64,000 bases of DNA. Origin: a bacterium. Its GTDB lineage: Bacteria; Patescibacteriota; Minisyncoccia; Phycocordibacterales; UBA5272. Within the stretch, counting starts at the first letter, position 1. Every line of letters starts with the position of its first letter. The position numbers were made by a program, and so were the translations under genes. The notes under the pieces are model-generated. The model worked only from the letters and a program-made list of their open reading frames with translations. It did no database searches and was not told where the DNA came from. The stretch is taken from assembly GCA_023267635.1 (NCBI GenBank), contig JAHFMX010000005.1:1989-65988 (forward strand), given 5' to 3'. Positions 1-8,851 of this stretch are shown piece after piece.

Positions 1-14
1 CAAAGGAAGGGGGG

Positions 15-404
15 CTATGTTTGGAATCCAAGACCTAACGCACTGAGTGCGCTCTTGGTTTTCTCGAAACGCCCTTTGCCAATTCCTGGAGTTTCCAGAA
101 ATTCGCTTTCTGTTTTACTGCAGAGATTGCCCACCGTGCGCATGCCTGCGTGGTAGAACAGATTCACAAGACTCGGTGGCAACGCGAGGGTTGAGTCCTT
201 GGGAAAGAACGTGGGGTCCGACAGCTTTTGAACATCCTCAAGGAGAACTTTTTGTGCAAAGGGCTCCAGGGCTACGGCGGTGAAAGAATTTCCCTTTTCC
301 TTGGAAAAGGTTTTAGGTGTGACGGGCGGTAAGAAGCAGGACTGCAGGCGACGGCGCTGAGCCGTAGTTTTCTTTTGCTTGCGACGCTCACGGACTGAAG
401 GCAT
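15..404 (-). CDS. Stand-alone RNA polymerase alpha C-terminal-domain-like (HhH) protein with basic N-terminus
   Basis: C-terminal LALPPSLVNLFYHAGMRTVGNLCSKTESEFLETPGIGKGRFEKTKSALSALGL follows the alpha-CTD pattern (L..R..N.L..AGI.TVGDL..KTE..LL...N.G.KS..E....L...GL); GGAG SD 7 nt upstream of the ATG. Confidence 0.7.
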   Translation of the reverse strand: MPSVRERRKQKKTTAQRRRLQSCFLPPVTPKTFSKEKGNSFTAVALEPFAQKVLLEDVQKLSDPTFFPKDSTLALPPSLVNLFYHAGMRTVGNLCSKTESEFLETPGIGKGRFEKTKSALSALGLGFQT

Positions 405-500
405 GGTTTTACTCCATCTTTACATAGTGTACAAACCCTTACGGGGCTATCAAGACACTACCACAAAACAGTATTTGGCCCAATGTGGTATATTTCACCC

Positions 501-1421
501 ATGCCAGAGCTTCCAGAGGTACACACAACAGTAACTGGCCTCCAAAGTGTTTTACCAGAACTATCTATCACCGATATCTGGACAGACATGTGGAGCGAGT
601 CCCGACTTTCTAAAAATACGATTAAGGATCGTAGCTATTTTCCCTACTTCAAAAAGTACGCACTTAATACAAAAGTAAAACAGGTTCGTCGTCGAGCAAA
701 ACATATTCTTATTGATTTCGAGAATGGCTTCACGATGATTATTCACATGAAGATGACGGGGCATTTAATGTACGGAAAATACAAACAAAATAAGAACTAT
801 GATGGACGTCAGTGGCCATGGGTTCCTGTAGATAAAGGTTCCCCTCTTAACGACCCTTACAACCGCCACATCCATGTTGTGTTCACTTTATCTAATGGTT
901 ACCACCTCGCATTTTGCGATTCCAGAAAATTTGGAACTATTGTTATAGAAAAAACTGACACGTTACACACAGAAAGATTATCTCACCTAGGTCCTGAGCC
1001 ACTTGAAACGTCGTTCACATCAAACAACTTCAAGGAACGCTTAATGAAATCCCCTACCCGAGCAATTAAAACAGTGCTTATGGATCAATCCATCATTGCA
1101 GGAATTGGAAATATTTATTCTGATGAAATGTTACACCGCGCGCACATTTTGCCCACTCGAACATCGAAGAGCCTTACCTCTTCAGAATACAAACTATTAT
1201 TTACCTCAATGAAAGCAGTGCTTTCAAAAGGAATAGACTTTGGAGGTGACAGTACAAGCGACTATAGAAATATTAAAGGTGAGCGTGGAGCATTTCACGA
1301 AAACCACCAGGTCTATTTGCGGACAAAAGAAAAATGCCTCACAAAAAATTGTAAAGGCATTATCGAAAAAAGAATAATTGGTGGACGCAGCGCTCACTTC
1401 TGTCGCGTGTGCCAGAAATAA
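501..1421 (+). CDS. mutM: Formamidopyrimidine-DNA glycosylase
   Basis: N-terminal MPELPEV, HMKMTG, LGPEPL, GIGNIYSDE, C-terminal zinc finger; start moved to ATG 501. Confidence 0.95.
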   Translation: MPELPEVHTTVTGLQSVLPELSITDIWTDMWSESRLSKNTIKDRSYFPYFKKYALNTKVKQVRRRAKHILIDFENGFTMIIHMKMTGHLMYGKYKQNKNYDGRQWPWVPVDKGSPLNDPYNRHIHVVFTLSNGYHLAFCDSRKFGTIVIEKTDTLHTERLSHLGPEPLETSFTSNNFKERLMKSPTRAIKTVLMDQSIIAGIGNIYSDEMLHRAHILPTRTSKSLTSSEYKLLFTSMKAVLSKGIDFGGDSTSDYRNIKGERGAFHENHQVYLRTKEKCLTKNCKGIIEKRIIGGRSAHFCRVCQK

Positions 1422-1431
1422 CTGATGCATC

Positions 1432-1938
1432 TCAGACAAAGAAACAGTCATCGAGCCCTTCTTCTTTAATCGCCCTTCCTGAGTAATTCACTCCTGTTTT
1501 GTGGCAATATTTATCTTGCCGCATAAAAGCAGTCTTGTCTTTCGGGCTTTCGTAGACAGGAATCTTGGAAGTAATGAGTCCCGCCGCCAACTTGGCTGGA
1601 TGGTGGACCTTACCGTCCAGAAAGAAGAAGTTTGTCACCTTGCCTCTTTCTGCTTTGAAAGCTTTTCGCCACATTTCAAAATTACACCTTGAATTGAAAA
1701 AGATATCTCCCGAAGACATCAATCTCATGCCACGAGTAACGCCCCAAGCATGAGAGGGAGAGCCGAGAAGTCTTGATCTCACCACTACTGCGTGTCTGGA
1801 ATCACACCACGACAACACCATCCCATACCCAGCATGCCAATGCCTAAGGTACAAAATCCATAGAAAAACTCCGACTGTGGACAAACACAGCAGAGCAAAA
1901 AGCGTTGTCAGATATCTATCTGTAAATAAAGAACTCAT
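1432..1938 (-). CDS. Hypothetical protein with N-terminal TM helix
   Basis: 168-aa ORF; AAGGAG SD 6 nt upstream; TTGCAT-17-TAGTGT promoter-like sequence. Confidence 0.6.
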   Translation of the reverse strand: MSSLFTDRYLTTLFALLCLSTVGVFLWILYLRHWHAGYGMVLSWCDSRHAVVVRSRLLGSPSHAWGVTRGMRLMSSGDIFFNSRCNFEMWRKAFKAERGKVTNFFFLDGKVHHPAKLAAGLITSKIPVYESPKDKTAFMRQDKYCHKTGVNYSGRAIKEEGLDDCFFV

Positions 1939-2016
1939 GAGAAACTCCTTGTAATTAGTTTACTTAAACACTACTCCACATTCTACCAATATGCAAAAAG
2001 CTGTATACTCATACAC

Positions 2017-2160
2017 ATGGGAACACTTCTTAAAATATTCGTAGGGTTTTGGGTCATCTGGATTATTTGGTACATCACAGGCGGACCCCTTCGTGACGAT
2101 AAAACAAAACCCTTTGTACGGTTTAATGAAACAGGACAAATAGAAACAGTTGGGAGGTAG
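2017..2160 (+). CDS. Small membrane protein (47 aa, not in ORF track)
   Basis: MGTLLKIFVGFWVIWIIWYITGGPLRDDKTKPFVRFNETGQIETVGR; TATACT -10 box 7 nt before the ATG, as in other genes here. Confidence 0.55.
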   Translation: MGTLLKIFVGFWVIWIIWYITGGPLRDDKTKPFVRFNETGQIETVGR

Positions 2161-2267
2161 CTGGAAACTTTAGCGTATTTTTGCTAGGATAGAGCAACAA
2201 ATGTCCCTATAGTTCTGTCGGCAAAGTAAACTAGCCAGCTGACTAAAAGGCAGATGTGTCAGTATAT

Positions 2268-2340
2268 GTCCCTATAGCTCAGTCGGTAGAGCAGCTGCCT
2301 TTTAAGCAGACGGTCGAAGGTTCGATCCCTTCTGGGGGCA
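2268..2340 (+). tRNA. tRNA-Lys (anticodon TTT)
   Basis: Acceptor GTCCCTA/TGGGGGC, D-arm GCTCAGTCGGTAGAGC, anticodon loop CTTTTAA, T-arm GAAGG-TTCGATC-CCTTC; no CCA directly after the discriminator. Confidence 0.93.
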
Positions 2341-2522
2341 CCCAAACGTGCTAGCACGAGAAGGCTAGCATAAGCAATCATGCCTGCTGCCCATGAAATA
2401 ATTTCAAAGATTAAATATGTATACATAGTTGTTGGTTTATTACGGAGACCGCGTGTCTTCCTTTCTCCTTATAAGAAGACCATGTTACTTTTCTAACGCC
2501 TTTCAACAGCACAATTATGCGT

Positions 2523-3248
2523 CTAGAAAAATGCCTCGGTATATATTTTTTCTACAGGAACCCCTGCACCTTTCAATCCCCTCCAATAATCTCTTACGAA
2601 CTCGATAGAGCCACAAATGAAAAGTTCTGAATCGGTGAAATCCTCATAACACCTAAAGATATCACTGACAGGAATTCGCCCTTTCTTTTCTTCCATTTTT
2701 GGCATTTCCTGTGTCAGATAATATTCGACAACCAAATTTCCATCTGATTGACGAGATAATTCATTCAGTTCATTTCTAAAAATGATATGCTTGGGTGTTT
2801 TATTAGAAAAAAGTAGGATAATTTTTCTTCTGGGAAATACCTTTCTTGAACACTTAATCATACTCATTAATGGAACAATACCTATGCCCCCGGCGACCAG
2901 GATCATAGCATTTGCTTCTGATTCAGAATAAAAATATCCATACGGCAACGAACCGTTGATTGTATCCCCAATTTTTTTAGCGATGAGCTTGTTAGAAAAA
3001 GTGCCGACACCGCGAACAGTAATACTCATACCTGACTCGTTAGGAGAAGATGAGAGGCTGTAGGACTTGCCTTCTTTGTGTCCGGTTTCTGGGAAAAAGA
3101 CAGTGATAAATTGTCCAGCTTTGTATGGCGGAATAACATTTTGCAATGGCCGAAGACGTAAAGTAACAACATCCTCTGCTTCAGGAATAACCTCTTGTAC
3201 CAAGTAAGTTATTGTATTATTCTCCATGATTGTTTTCGTAATCCTCAA
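2523..3248 (-). CDS. FAD/NAD(P)-binding ferredoxin-reductase-type oxidoreductase (FNR family)
   Basis: YKAGQF, KSYSLSS, LPYGYF, VAGGIGIVP, FICGS and terminal TEAFF motifs. Confidence 0.85.
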   Translation of the reverse strand: MRITKTIMENNTITYLVQEVIPEAEDVVTLRLRPLQNVIPPYKAGQFITVFFPETGHKEGKSYSLSSSPNESGMSITVRGVGTFSNKLIAKKIGDTINGSLPYGYFYSESEANAMILVAGGIGIVPLMSMIKCSRKVFPRRKIILLFSNKTPKHIIFRNELNELSRQSDGNLVVEYYLTQEMPKMEEKKGRIPVSDIFRCYEDFTDSELFICGSIEFVRDYWRGLKGAGVPVEKIYTEAFF

Positions 3249-3651
3249 TTGCTTTTCGTAGTGCTTCGTGCCCCAGAACAGAACAGTGATACTTACGATC
3301 AGGCAAACCGCCTAGTCGTTCTATGATTGCTTCTGGTGAAATTCGCTTAGCCGAAGCAAGCGTCATACCGCCATTTTCTGTTACCATGACAGACATCATT
3401 GATGTAGAACCTATTGCTGAGGCGCATCCAAATGTTCGCCATTTGCATTCTCGTATCTTGCCCGTATTCTCGTCGACCTTAATCCAAACAGCCATCATGT
3501 CGCCACACAGAGGGCTACCTGAAATACCTATCCCGTCCGCTCTATAATCCTTATCGTCAAGAAGAATGTTTCTTGGGTTGAAAAAATGATCCTTTACAAT
3601 ATCGCTGTAAAGCCATTCTTGTACATTGCAGGTGTTTGATATGTTGTTCAT
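3217..3651 (-). CDS. iscU: Fe-S cluster scaffold, IscU/NifU N-terminal type
   Basis: HFFNPRN, SPLCGD, TFGCASAIGS, KYHCSVL with three conserved Cys. Confidence 0.9.
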   Translation of the reverse strand: MNNISNTCNVQEWLYSDIVKDHFFNPRNILLDDKDYRADGIGISGSPLCGDMMAVWIKVDENTGKIRECKWRTFGCASAIGSTSMMSVMVTENGGMTLASAKRISPEAIIERLGGLPDRKYHCSVLGHEALRKAIEDYENNHGE

Positions 3652-4835
3652 AAAGATAGTGGTAAAGGTGACATGGCTCGTAATTTTTCAACAACAGTAA
3701 ATAGCGCTTTAACAAAATAATCACACTCCTTTTCGGTCGTCGTCTCCCCGAGCGTTATGCGAAGACTCCCGTGCATAAGAAGGGGGTCTTGATTAATTGC
3801 TTGCAATACATGAGAAACCTGCAGATCTTGGGACGAACATGCTGAACCGGTCGCAACTGCAATTCCAAGCGCATCTAACATGAGGACCATTGATTCTCCT
3901 TCAATGTCAGGTATGGAAATATGAATGTTATTTGGCAGACGCTCTTTTGGGTGACCGTTTAACACAAGGAAAGGTAATACACCTCGAAGTGACTTAAGGC
4001 ACTCATCCCGAAGCGCAGATATTCGGACCACTTCTTTTTCTTTTTTTCGTTCTACGCGAGATAGAGCTTCTTGAAACCCAACAATGTGAGGAAGACTTTC
4101 AGTGCCCGAACGGAGACCCTCTTCTTGTCCTCCTCCAAAAATAATAGCCTGCATGGCAACACTCTTTTTTCGATAGAGCACTCCTACTCCTTTAGGTCCG
4201 TAAATTTTGGAACCATTAAGTGAAAGAAGATCTACGTCAAGATCTTTAACATTAAGAGAAAGGTACCCGGCGGCCTGACACGCGTCAGTGTGAAGAATAG
4301 GGTATACCACCCCTTTTCTTTTAAAAGATAAAGCTCTTGATAAATCTTTTATAGGCTGAATCGTGCCAATTTCATTGTTTGCGTACATCACAGAGATAAG
4401 AATGGTTTTCTCGTTAATTCTTCTGATGCAGTCGTTGACGTCAATCATACCGAATGCATCCACTGGAACATGCTCTATAATGAACCCTTCTTTTGCAAGC
4501 TGTTGAGTAGCTTCCAAAACAGCTTTATGTTCAATGGCCGAAACGAGAATATGATTGCCGTGTATTTTATTAGCGCGAGCAGTTCCTAACAGCGCTAAGT
4601 TGTTTGACTCAGTTCCCGAGCCGGTAAAAATAATCTCTTCTGGTAAGGCATGGAGAACTGAAGCAACAGCACTCCTTGATTTTTCAAGAACGTATCTTGC
4701 TTTTCTCCCTAGAGAGTAAAGGGCTGACGGATTGCCGTAGCCAGATCCAAAATAGGGAAGCATCAAGTCAAGCACCTCATTAGAGGTTGGTGTTCCTGCT
4801 GCGTGGTCGAGGTAGATTGATGGTTTACTAATCAT
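3648..4835 (-). CDS. iscS: Cysteine desulfurase (IscS/NifS)
   Basis: IYLDHAAGTP, FTGSGTESNN, HTDACQA, SKIYGPKG, TGSACSS. Confidence 0.92.
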   Translation of the reverse strand: MISKPSIYLDHAAGTPTSNEVLDLMLPYFGSGYGNPSALYSLGRKARYVLEKSRSAVASVLHALPEEIIFTGSGTESNNLALLGTARANKIHGNHILVSAIEHKAVLEATQQLAKEGFIIEHVPVDAFGMIDVNDCIRRINEKTILISVMYANNEIGTIQPIKDLSRALSFKRKGVVYPILHTDACQAAGYLSLNVKDLDVDLLSLNGSKIYGPKGVGVLYRKKSVAMQAIIFGGGQEEGLRSGTESLPHIVGFQEALSRVERKKEKEVVRISALRDECLKSLRGVLPFLVLNGHPKERLPNNIHISIPDIEGESMVLMLDALGIAVATGSACSSQDLQVSHVLQAINQDPLLMHGSLRITLGETTTEKECDYFVKALFTVVEKLRAMSPLPLSL

Positions 4836-4844
4836 GATACAAGA

Positions 4845-5534
4845 TTATCTAATTCCACAAAAAGACACATAGTGTCCCATCATTGTTTGTATTCTTGCGA
4901 ATTCTTCATCGTTGTAGGTAACTTTCTTTAAAAATTGAGGGTTGAGTATTTTTGTTGGAACAAACTTTTGCAAATAGTAATTTGCTGCCCCCTTGATTTC
5001 TCTCCCTATTTCTTCAATGTCCTCAACGGATAACATCGAACGAACAATGGTCGTACGAAACTCATACGGAATATCACTTCCCATGATTACTTCAATACTG
5101 CTTTTGATCGCGTGAATGTCTACAGGACGGGCTACGGTTTGCGAGTATTTACTAAGTGGAGACTTGATGTCCATCGCGATGTAGTCAGCCAAGTTTTCCT
5201 TTATAACCTCTTGTATAAATTCCGGATGAACGCCATTTGTGTCTAATTTAATCAGAAAGTTTCTTTGCTTCACTTCCCGCATAAATGAGATTAATTTTGG
5301 ACCATGCATCGTCGGCTCGCCTCCTGTTATTACGATGCCGTCTATCATCCCTTTCCTCTCGTCAAGAAACTTAAGGATGACGCTCTCATCAATTCGTGTC
5401 GTACATGTTTCATCAACCAGTTCCGGATTATGACAGTATGGACATCGAAATGGGCATCCAATGGTATACACCATGCATGCAATTTTCCCCGGAAAATCTA
5501 TAAGAGTAAATTTTTCAAAGCCTCCAAACTCCAT
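4845..5534 (-). CDS. nrdG: Anaerobic ribonucleotide reductase activating protein (radical SAM)
   Basis: GCPFRCPYCHNP CxxxCxxC motif, ITGGEPT, KLDTNG; directly downstream of nrdD. Confidence 0.9.
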   Translation of the reverse strand: MEFGGFEKFTLIDFPGKIACMVYTIGCPFRCPYCHNPELVDETCTTRIDESVILKFLDERKGMIDGIVITGGEPTMHGPKLISFMREVKQRNFLIKLDTNGVHPEFIQEVIKENLADYIAMDIKSPLSKYSQTVARPVDIHAIKSSIEVIMGSDIPYEFRTTIVRSMLSVEDIEEIGREIKGAANYYLQKFVPTKILNPQFLKKVTYNDEEFARIQTMMGHYVSFCGIR

Positions 5535-5536
5535 AC

Positions 5537-7735
5537 CTATACAGTTACTCTAATCTTAGGAACTACAACCACTTCGCTTGGCGCTGTTTCAGGCGCGTAC
5601 ATTTCCCGAATAGAATACTCGGCTTGCTTACCTTCATTCCACTGGCTTACCGGCCGCAAGTACCCAACGATACGAGAATACACTTCACATGCACTCTGGC
5701 ATGTCGGACATGTAAAATGTTCCCCTGTAATATAACCATGAGTTCCGCATACGCTGAATGTTGGCGTAATGGTAAAATAAGGCAATTTATAGTTCTCGCA
5801 CACTTTTCTGACCAAGTTGGGAATAGATCTATAGTCCGCAATTCGCTCACCCAAGAAGAGGTGAATAACCGTTCCTCCTGTATATTTTGTTTGAAGCCCG
5901 TCTTGGATATTTAACGTCTCAACAATATCTGTACTGTAGTTAACTGGAAGATGGGAGGAGTTTGTATAAAACGGTTTAGCCCCTTTATTATATTCAACCT
6001 CATTAGCAACAAGAATATTTGGATACATCTTTTTATCTCGTAACGCCAAACGAAATGATGTCCCTTCAGCGGGAGTAGCTTCAAGGTTATAGAGATTATC
6101 TGTTTCTTTTTGATATTGAATCAAGCGACTTCGCATGTGGTCAAGCGTCTCGCCGGCGAATTGCTCACCTGATTTAGTGCCTACGCTTTCACCAAAAAGG
6201 TTAAGTGTAGCCTCATTCATTCCGATTAATCCAATGGTAGAGAAATGATTCCTCCAATACTGTCCAAGTCCTTTTTTAATATTTCGCAAGTAGAACTTTG
6301 TGTATGGGTAGAGGTTCGCGTCAGTTAACTTCTCGAGCAGTTTTCGTTTGATCTCAAGGCTCTCTTTTGCGATATCCATTTGTCTATCTAATGCTTCGTA
6401 AAAATATTTTTTAGCTTCCTCAGATGAGTCTTTGTAATTGGACTTCGCCTGATAGGCTAGACGTGGCAGGTTAATTGTAACTACCCCGACCGATCCAGTA
6501 AGTGCGTTTGCACCGAAGAGTCCGCCTCCACGTCTATCTAATTCTTCCAAATCAAGCCGTAAGCGACAACACATAGATCTCGTATCTTCCGGCTTCATGT
6601 CTGATGTGACGAAATTACTAAAATAGGGAATACCATATTTAGCAGTAATTTCCCAAAGACCTTTCAGCTTGGGGTTTTCCCAATTAAAATCTTTGGTAAT
6701 ATTCACGGTAGGTATCGGGAAAGAAAACACTCTTCCTGACGAATCACCGCCCATCATTACTTCAAAAAACGCTTCATTGAACATGTCCATCTCCTTCTGA
6801 AATTCACTATATTTTTCTGCTTGTGGTTTACCCCCAATAATAACGGGAAGATCTTTGAAATTTACTGATGGGGTAAGGTCAAGTGTGATATTCGAGAACG
6901 GGGTTTGGAATCCGACACGTGTTGGTACATTCATATTAAAGACAAATTCTTGTATGGCTTGCTTAACCTCCTTCTGCGAAAGGTTGTCGTAGCGAATAAA
7001 TGGTGCAAGTAGCGTGTCGAAATTAGAAAAAGCTATAGCTCCTGCGGCTTCACCTTGCAAGGTATACATGAAATTTACCACCTGGCCGAGTGCTGTACGA
7101 AAATGTTTTGCTGGTGCCGACTCTATCTTGTCTGAAACTCCCTTAAATCCAACAGTAAGAAGATCCGTCAAATCCCAGCCCACACAATAGATTGATAACG
7201 TGCCGAGATCGTGAATATGGATATCTCCATTTTCGTATGCAGAACGAATTTCCTGTGGATAAATCTTATTGAGCCAGTATGTCTTACTAACTTCCGAGAA
7301 AATATAATTATTAAGCCCTTGAAGAGAGTACCCCATGTTACTGTTTTCTTTGACTTGCCAATCGAGCTTATCCAAATAGTTATCTACCAAACCTAGCGAC
7401 GACATTGTAGCAAACGATCGCATCTCGGCGTGCTGATCACGATACAAAATATACGCTTTTGCTGTTGCTTTATAAGAAGATATCATAAGCACATGCTCAG
7501 CCGCATCCTGTATCTGCTCGATTGATACAGTGTCTCCCAATACCGTTTTCTCTAAATAGTTAATGACTTTTTCGGCAAGTTGGACAGCCTGGAATTCGTC
7601 GTATTCTTTTGTCGCGAGCCCGGCACGCGTTAAGGCCTGGATGATTTTTCCTCCATCAAATAGCACATGAGACCCGTCTCTTTTAGTAACCACTAAAAAT
7701 TGAGATGTATTGCTAGTCGGGGTTTTGGTTTTCAT
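5537..7735 (-). CDS. nrdD: Class III (anaerobic) ribonucleoside-triphosphate reductase with N-terminal ATP cone
   Basis: VTKRDG ATP cone, HIHDL, SMCCRL, EATPAEG, CxxH...CxxC, glycyl radical YSRIVGY; start set at MKTKTP (7735) because the longer ORF overlaps the divergent ArsR gene. Confidence 0.93.
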   Translation of the reverse strand: MKTKTPTSNTSQFLVVTKRDGSHVLFDGGKIIQALTRAGLATKEYDEFQAVQLAEKVINYLEKTVLGDTVSIEQIQDAAEHVLMISSYKATAKAYILYRDQHAEMRSFATMSSLGLVDNYLDKLDWQVKENSNMGYSLQGLNNYIFSEVSKTYWLNKIYPQEIRSAYENGDIHIHDLGTLSIYCVGWDLTDLLTVGFKGVSDKIESAPAKHFRTALGQVVNFMYTLQGEAAGAIAFSNFDTLLAPFIRYDNLSQKEVKQAIQEFVFNMNVPTRVGFQTPFSNITLDLTPSVNFKDLPVIIGGKPQAEKYSEFQKEMDMFNEAFFEVMMGGDSSGRVFSFPIPTVNITKDFNWENPKLKGLWEITAKYGIPYFSNFVTSDMKPEDTRSMCCRLRLDLEELDRRGGGLFGANALTGSVGVVTINLPRLAYQAKSNYKDSSEEAKKYFYEALDRQMDIAKESLEIKRKLLEKLTDANLYPYTKFYLRNIKKGLGQYWRNHFSTIGLIGMNEATLNLFGESVGTKSGEQFAGETLDHMRSRLIQYQKETDNLYNLEATPAEGTSFRLALRDKKMYPNILVANEVEYNKGAKPFYTNSSHLPVNYSTDIVETLNIQDGLQTKYTGGTVIHLFLGERIADYRSIPNLVRKVCENYKLPYFTITPTFSVCGTHGYITGEHFTCPTCQSACEVYSRIVGYLRPVSQWNEGKQAEYSIREMYAPETAPSEVVVVPKIRVTV

Positions 7736-7747
7736 AGGTAAATGTGT

Positions 7748-7792
7748 TATATTGATGGGTATAAATATATCATAATATAGATAACCGTCTAT
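7748..7792. promoter_or_regulatory. Two imperfect palindromes, candidate ArsR-family operators between divergent nrdD and arsR
   Basis: TATATTGAT-gggt-ATAAATATA (7748-7769) and ATAGAT-aacc-GTCTAT (7777-7792). Confidence 0.4.
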
Positions 7793-8159
7793 GAATAGAA
7801 AAAACTTGGGGACAAGAAGCACAGTTGTCAAAATACCTGAAAGAAAGGAACAAACACACCCTACTCCGTCATGGGTGCCAATGTCCGTTACTGGTGAAAA
7901 GGAGCTTTGTCCCGACTGTTTTAAAGTGGTTGGGGAGCGCAGTCGATATAATCTTGTTTGCACGCTCGGAAAGGCTAAGGACGGCATGACCGTAGGAGAG
8001 TTAACCGATACCATGAATCTCAAGCAACCAACAATCACGCATCACTTGCAGATGCTTGAGTCCGTTAATGCTGTAGAGAGTAAATCCGAAGGAAGAACCC
8101 GGACTTACAAGCTTAATAGGAATGCTCATTGTTTTGAAGACTGTAAAATTCCTTATTAG
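7791..8159 (+). CDS. ArsR/SmtB-family transcriptional regulator, Cys-rich
   Basis: FKVVGERSRYNLV...MTVGELT...LKQPTITHHLQML...EGRTRTY winged HTH; CPDC and CFEDC motifs; alternative start 7881. Confidence 0.85.
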   Translation: MNRKNLGTRSTVVKIPERKEQTHPTPSWVPMSVTGEKELCPDCFKVVGERSRYNLVCTLGKAKDGMTVGELTDTMNLKQPTITHHLQMLESVNAVESKSEGRTRTYKLNRNAHCFEDCKIPY

Positions 8160-8216
8160 TTTTGGAAGATCTCTATAAAAGAATTACAACTTTATTTGAA
8201 AGTGTTATTTTTGTTT

Positions 8217-8846
8217 CTAAATACTTAATAAAATACTTTCGAGTTCCACTTTCAAATCCTTCTCTCCTCGGTGAGCTAAAATACTAGCTCGCAGGATCCT
8301 GCCGCCGAACACTTCACATTCTACTTGTGTAAATTTTCCTGGGCGCCCAGAACGAATATCCGACCACACGGTTCCAAACTTCCACTGAAGAGCACCAGCA
8401 ATTGCTTCTGGAGACTCTATATCTCTTAATTTCATCCACTCAATCCAAACAGCTTTCTTATCTCGTCGAGCAAATGCTGTTGCTAAAGCAAACGGCGTCA
8501 CCTCGAACCCCTTCTCCTCTCGTGCATCATAGAGAGTCTCCGCAAACTTTTCTATTTTTTTCATTCTATTCGCATCTGCAAATGGTTCATCAATAACAAA
8601 AATATTTTGTGACTCTTTCATTGAAGGAAGCAGGTCATATACATGTTCTCGAGCTTCTGCTTTCTCCAACACCTGAATAAGGTGTGCTATAACCGTGTCT
8701 CCGAACAAACTTGTTGCTTCAACAAGTGGGGCGAGCTGATATATTTGCTCTGCATAAATATGCGCCGAAGGAGTCCCAAGCTTTGCTATCTGAGCTAAAG
8801 CCTTTTCTCTTTTTTTAGCATCTGTACCAATGAGTGCGTATATCAT
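8217..8846 (-). CDS. holA: Divergent, short DNA polymerase III delta-like subunit
   Basis: MIYALIGTD start, SLFGD motif, PFALATAF.RRDKK region; operon with polA. Confidence 0.6.
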   Translation of the reverse strand: MIYALIGTDAKKREKALAQIAKLGTPSAHIYAEQIYQLAPLVEATSLFGDTVIAHLIQVLEKAEAREHVYDLLPSMKESQNIFVIDEPFADANRMKKIEKFAETLYDAREEKGFEVTPFALATAFARRDKKAVWIEWMKLRDIESPEAIAGALQWKFGTVWSDIRSGRPGKFTQVECEVFGGRILRASILAHRGEKDLKVELESILLSI

Positions 8847-8851
8847 AGTTC

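Noticed and set aside
7736-8038. 101-aa N-terminal extension of NrdD in the ORF track
   Set aside because: It overlaps the divergent ArsR gene; the ATP cone begins just after MKTKTP at 7735.
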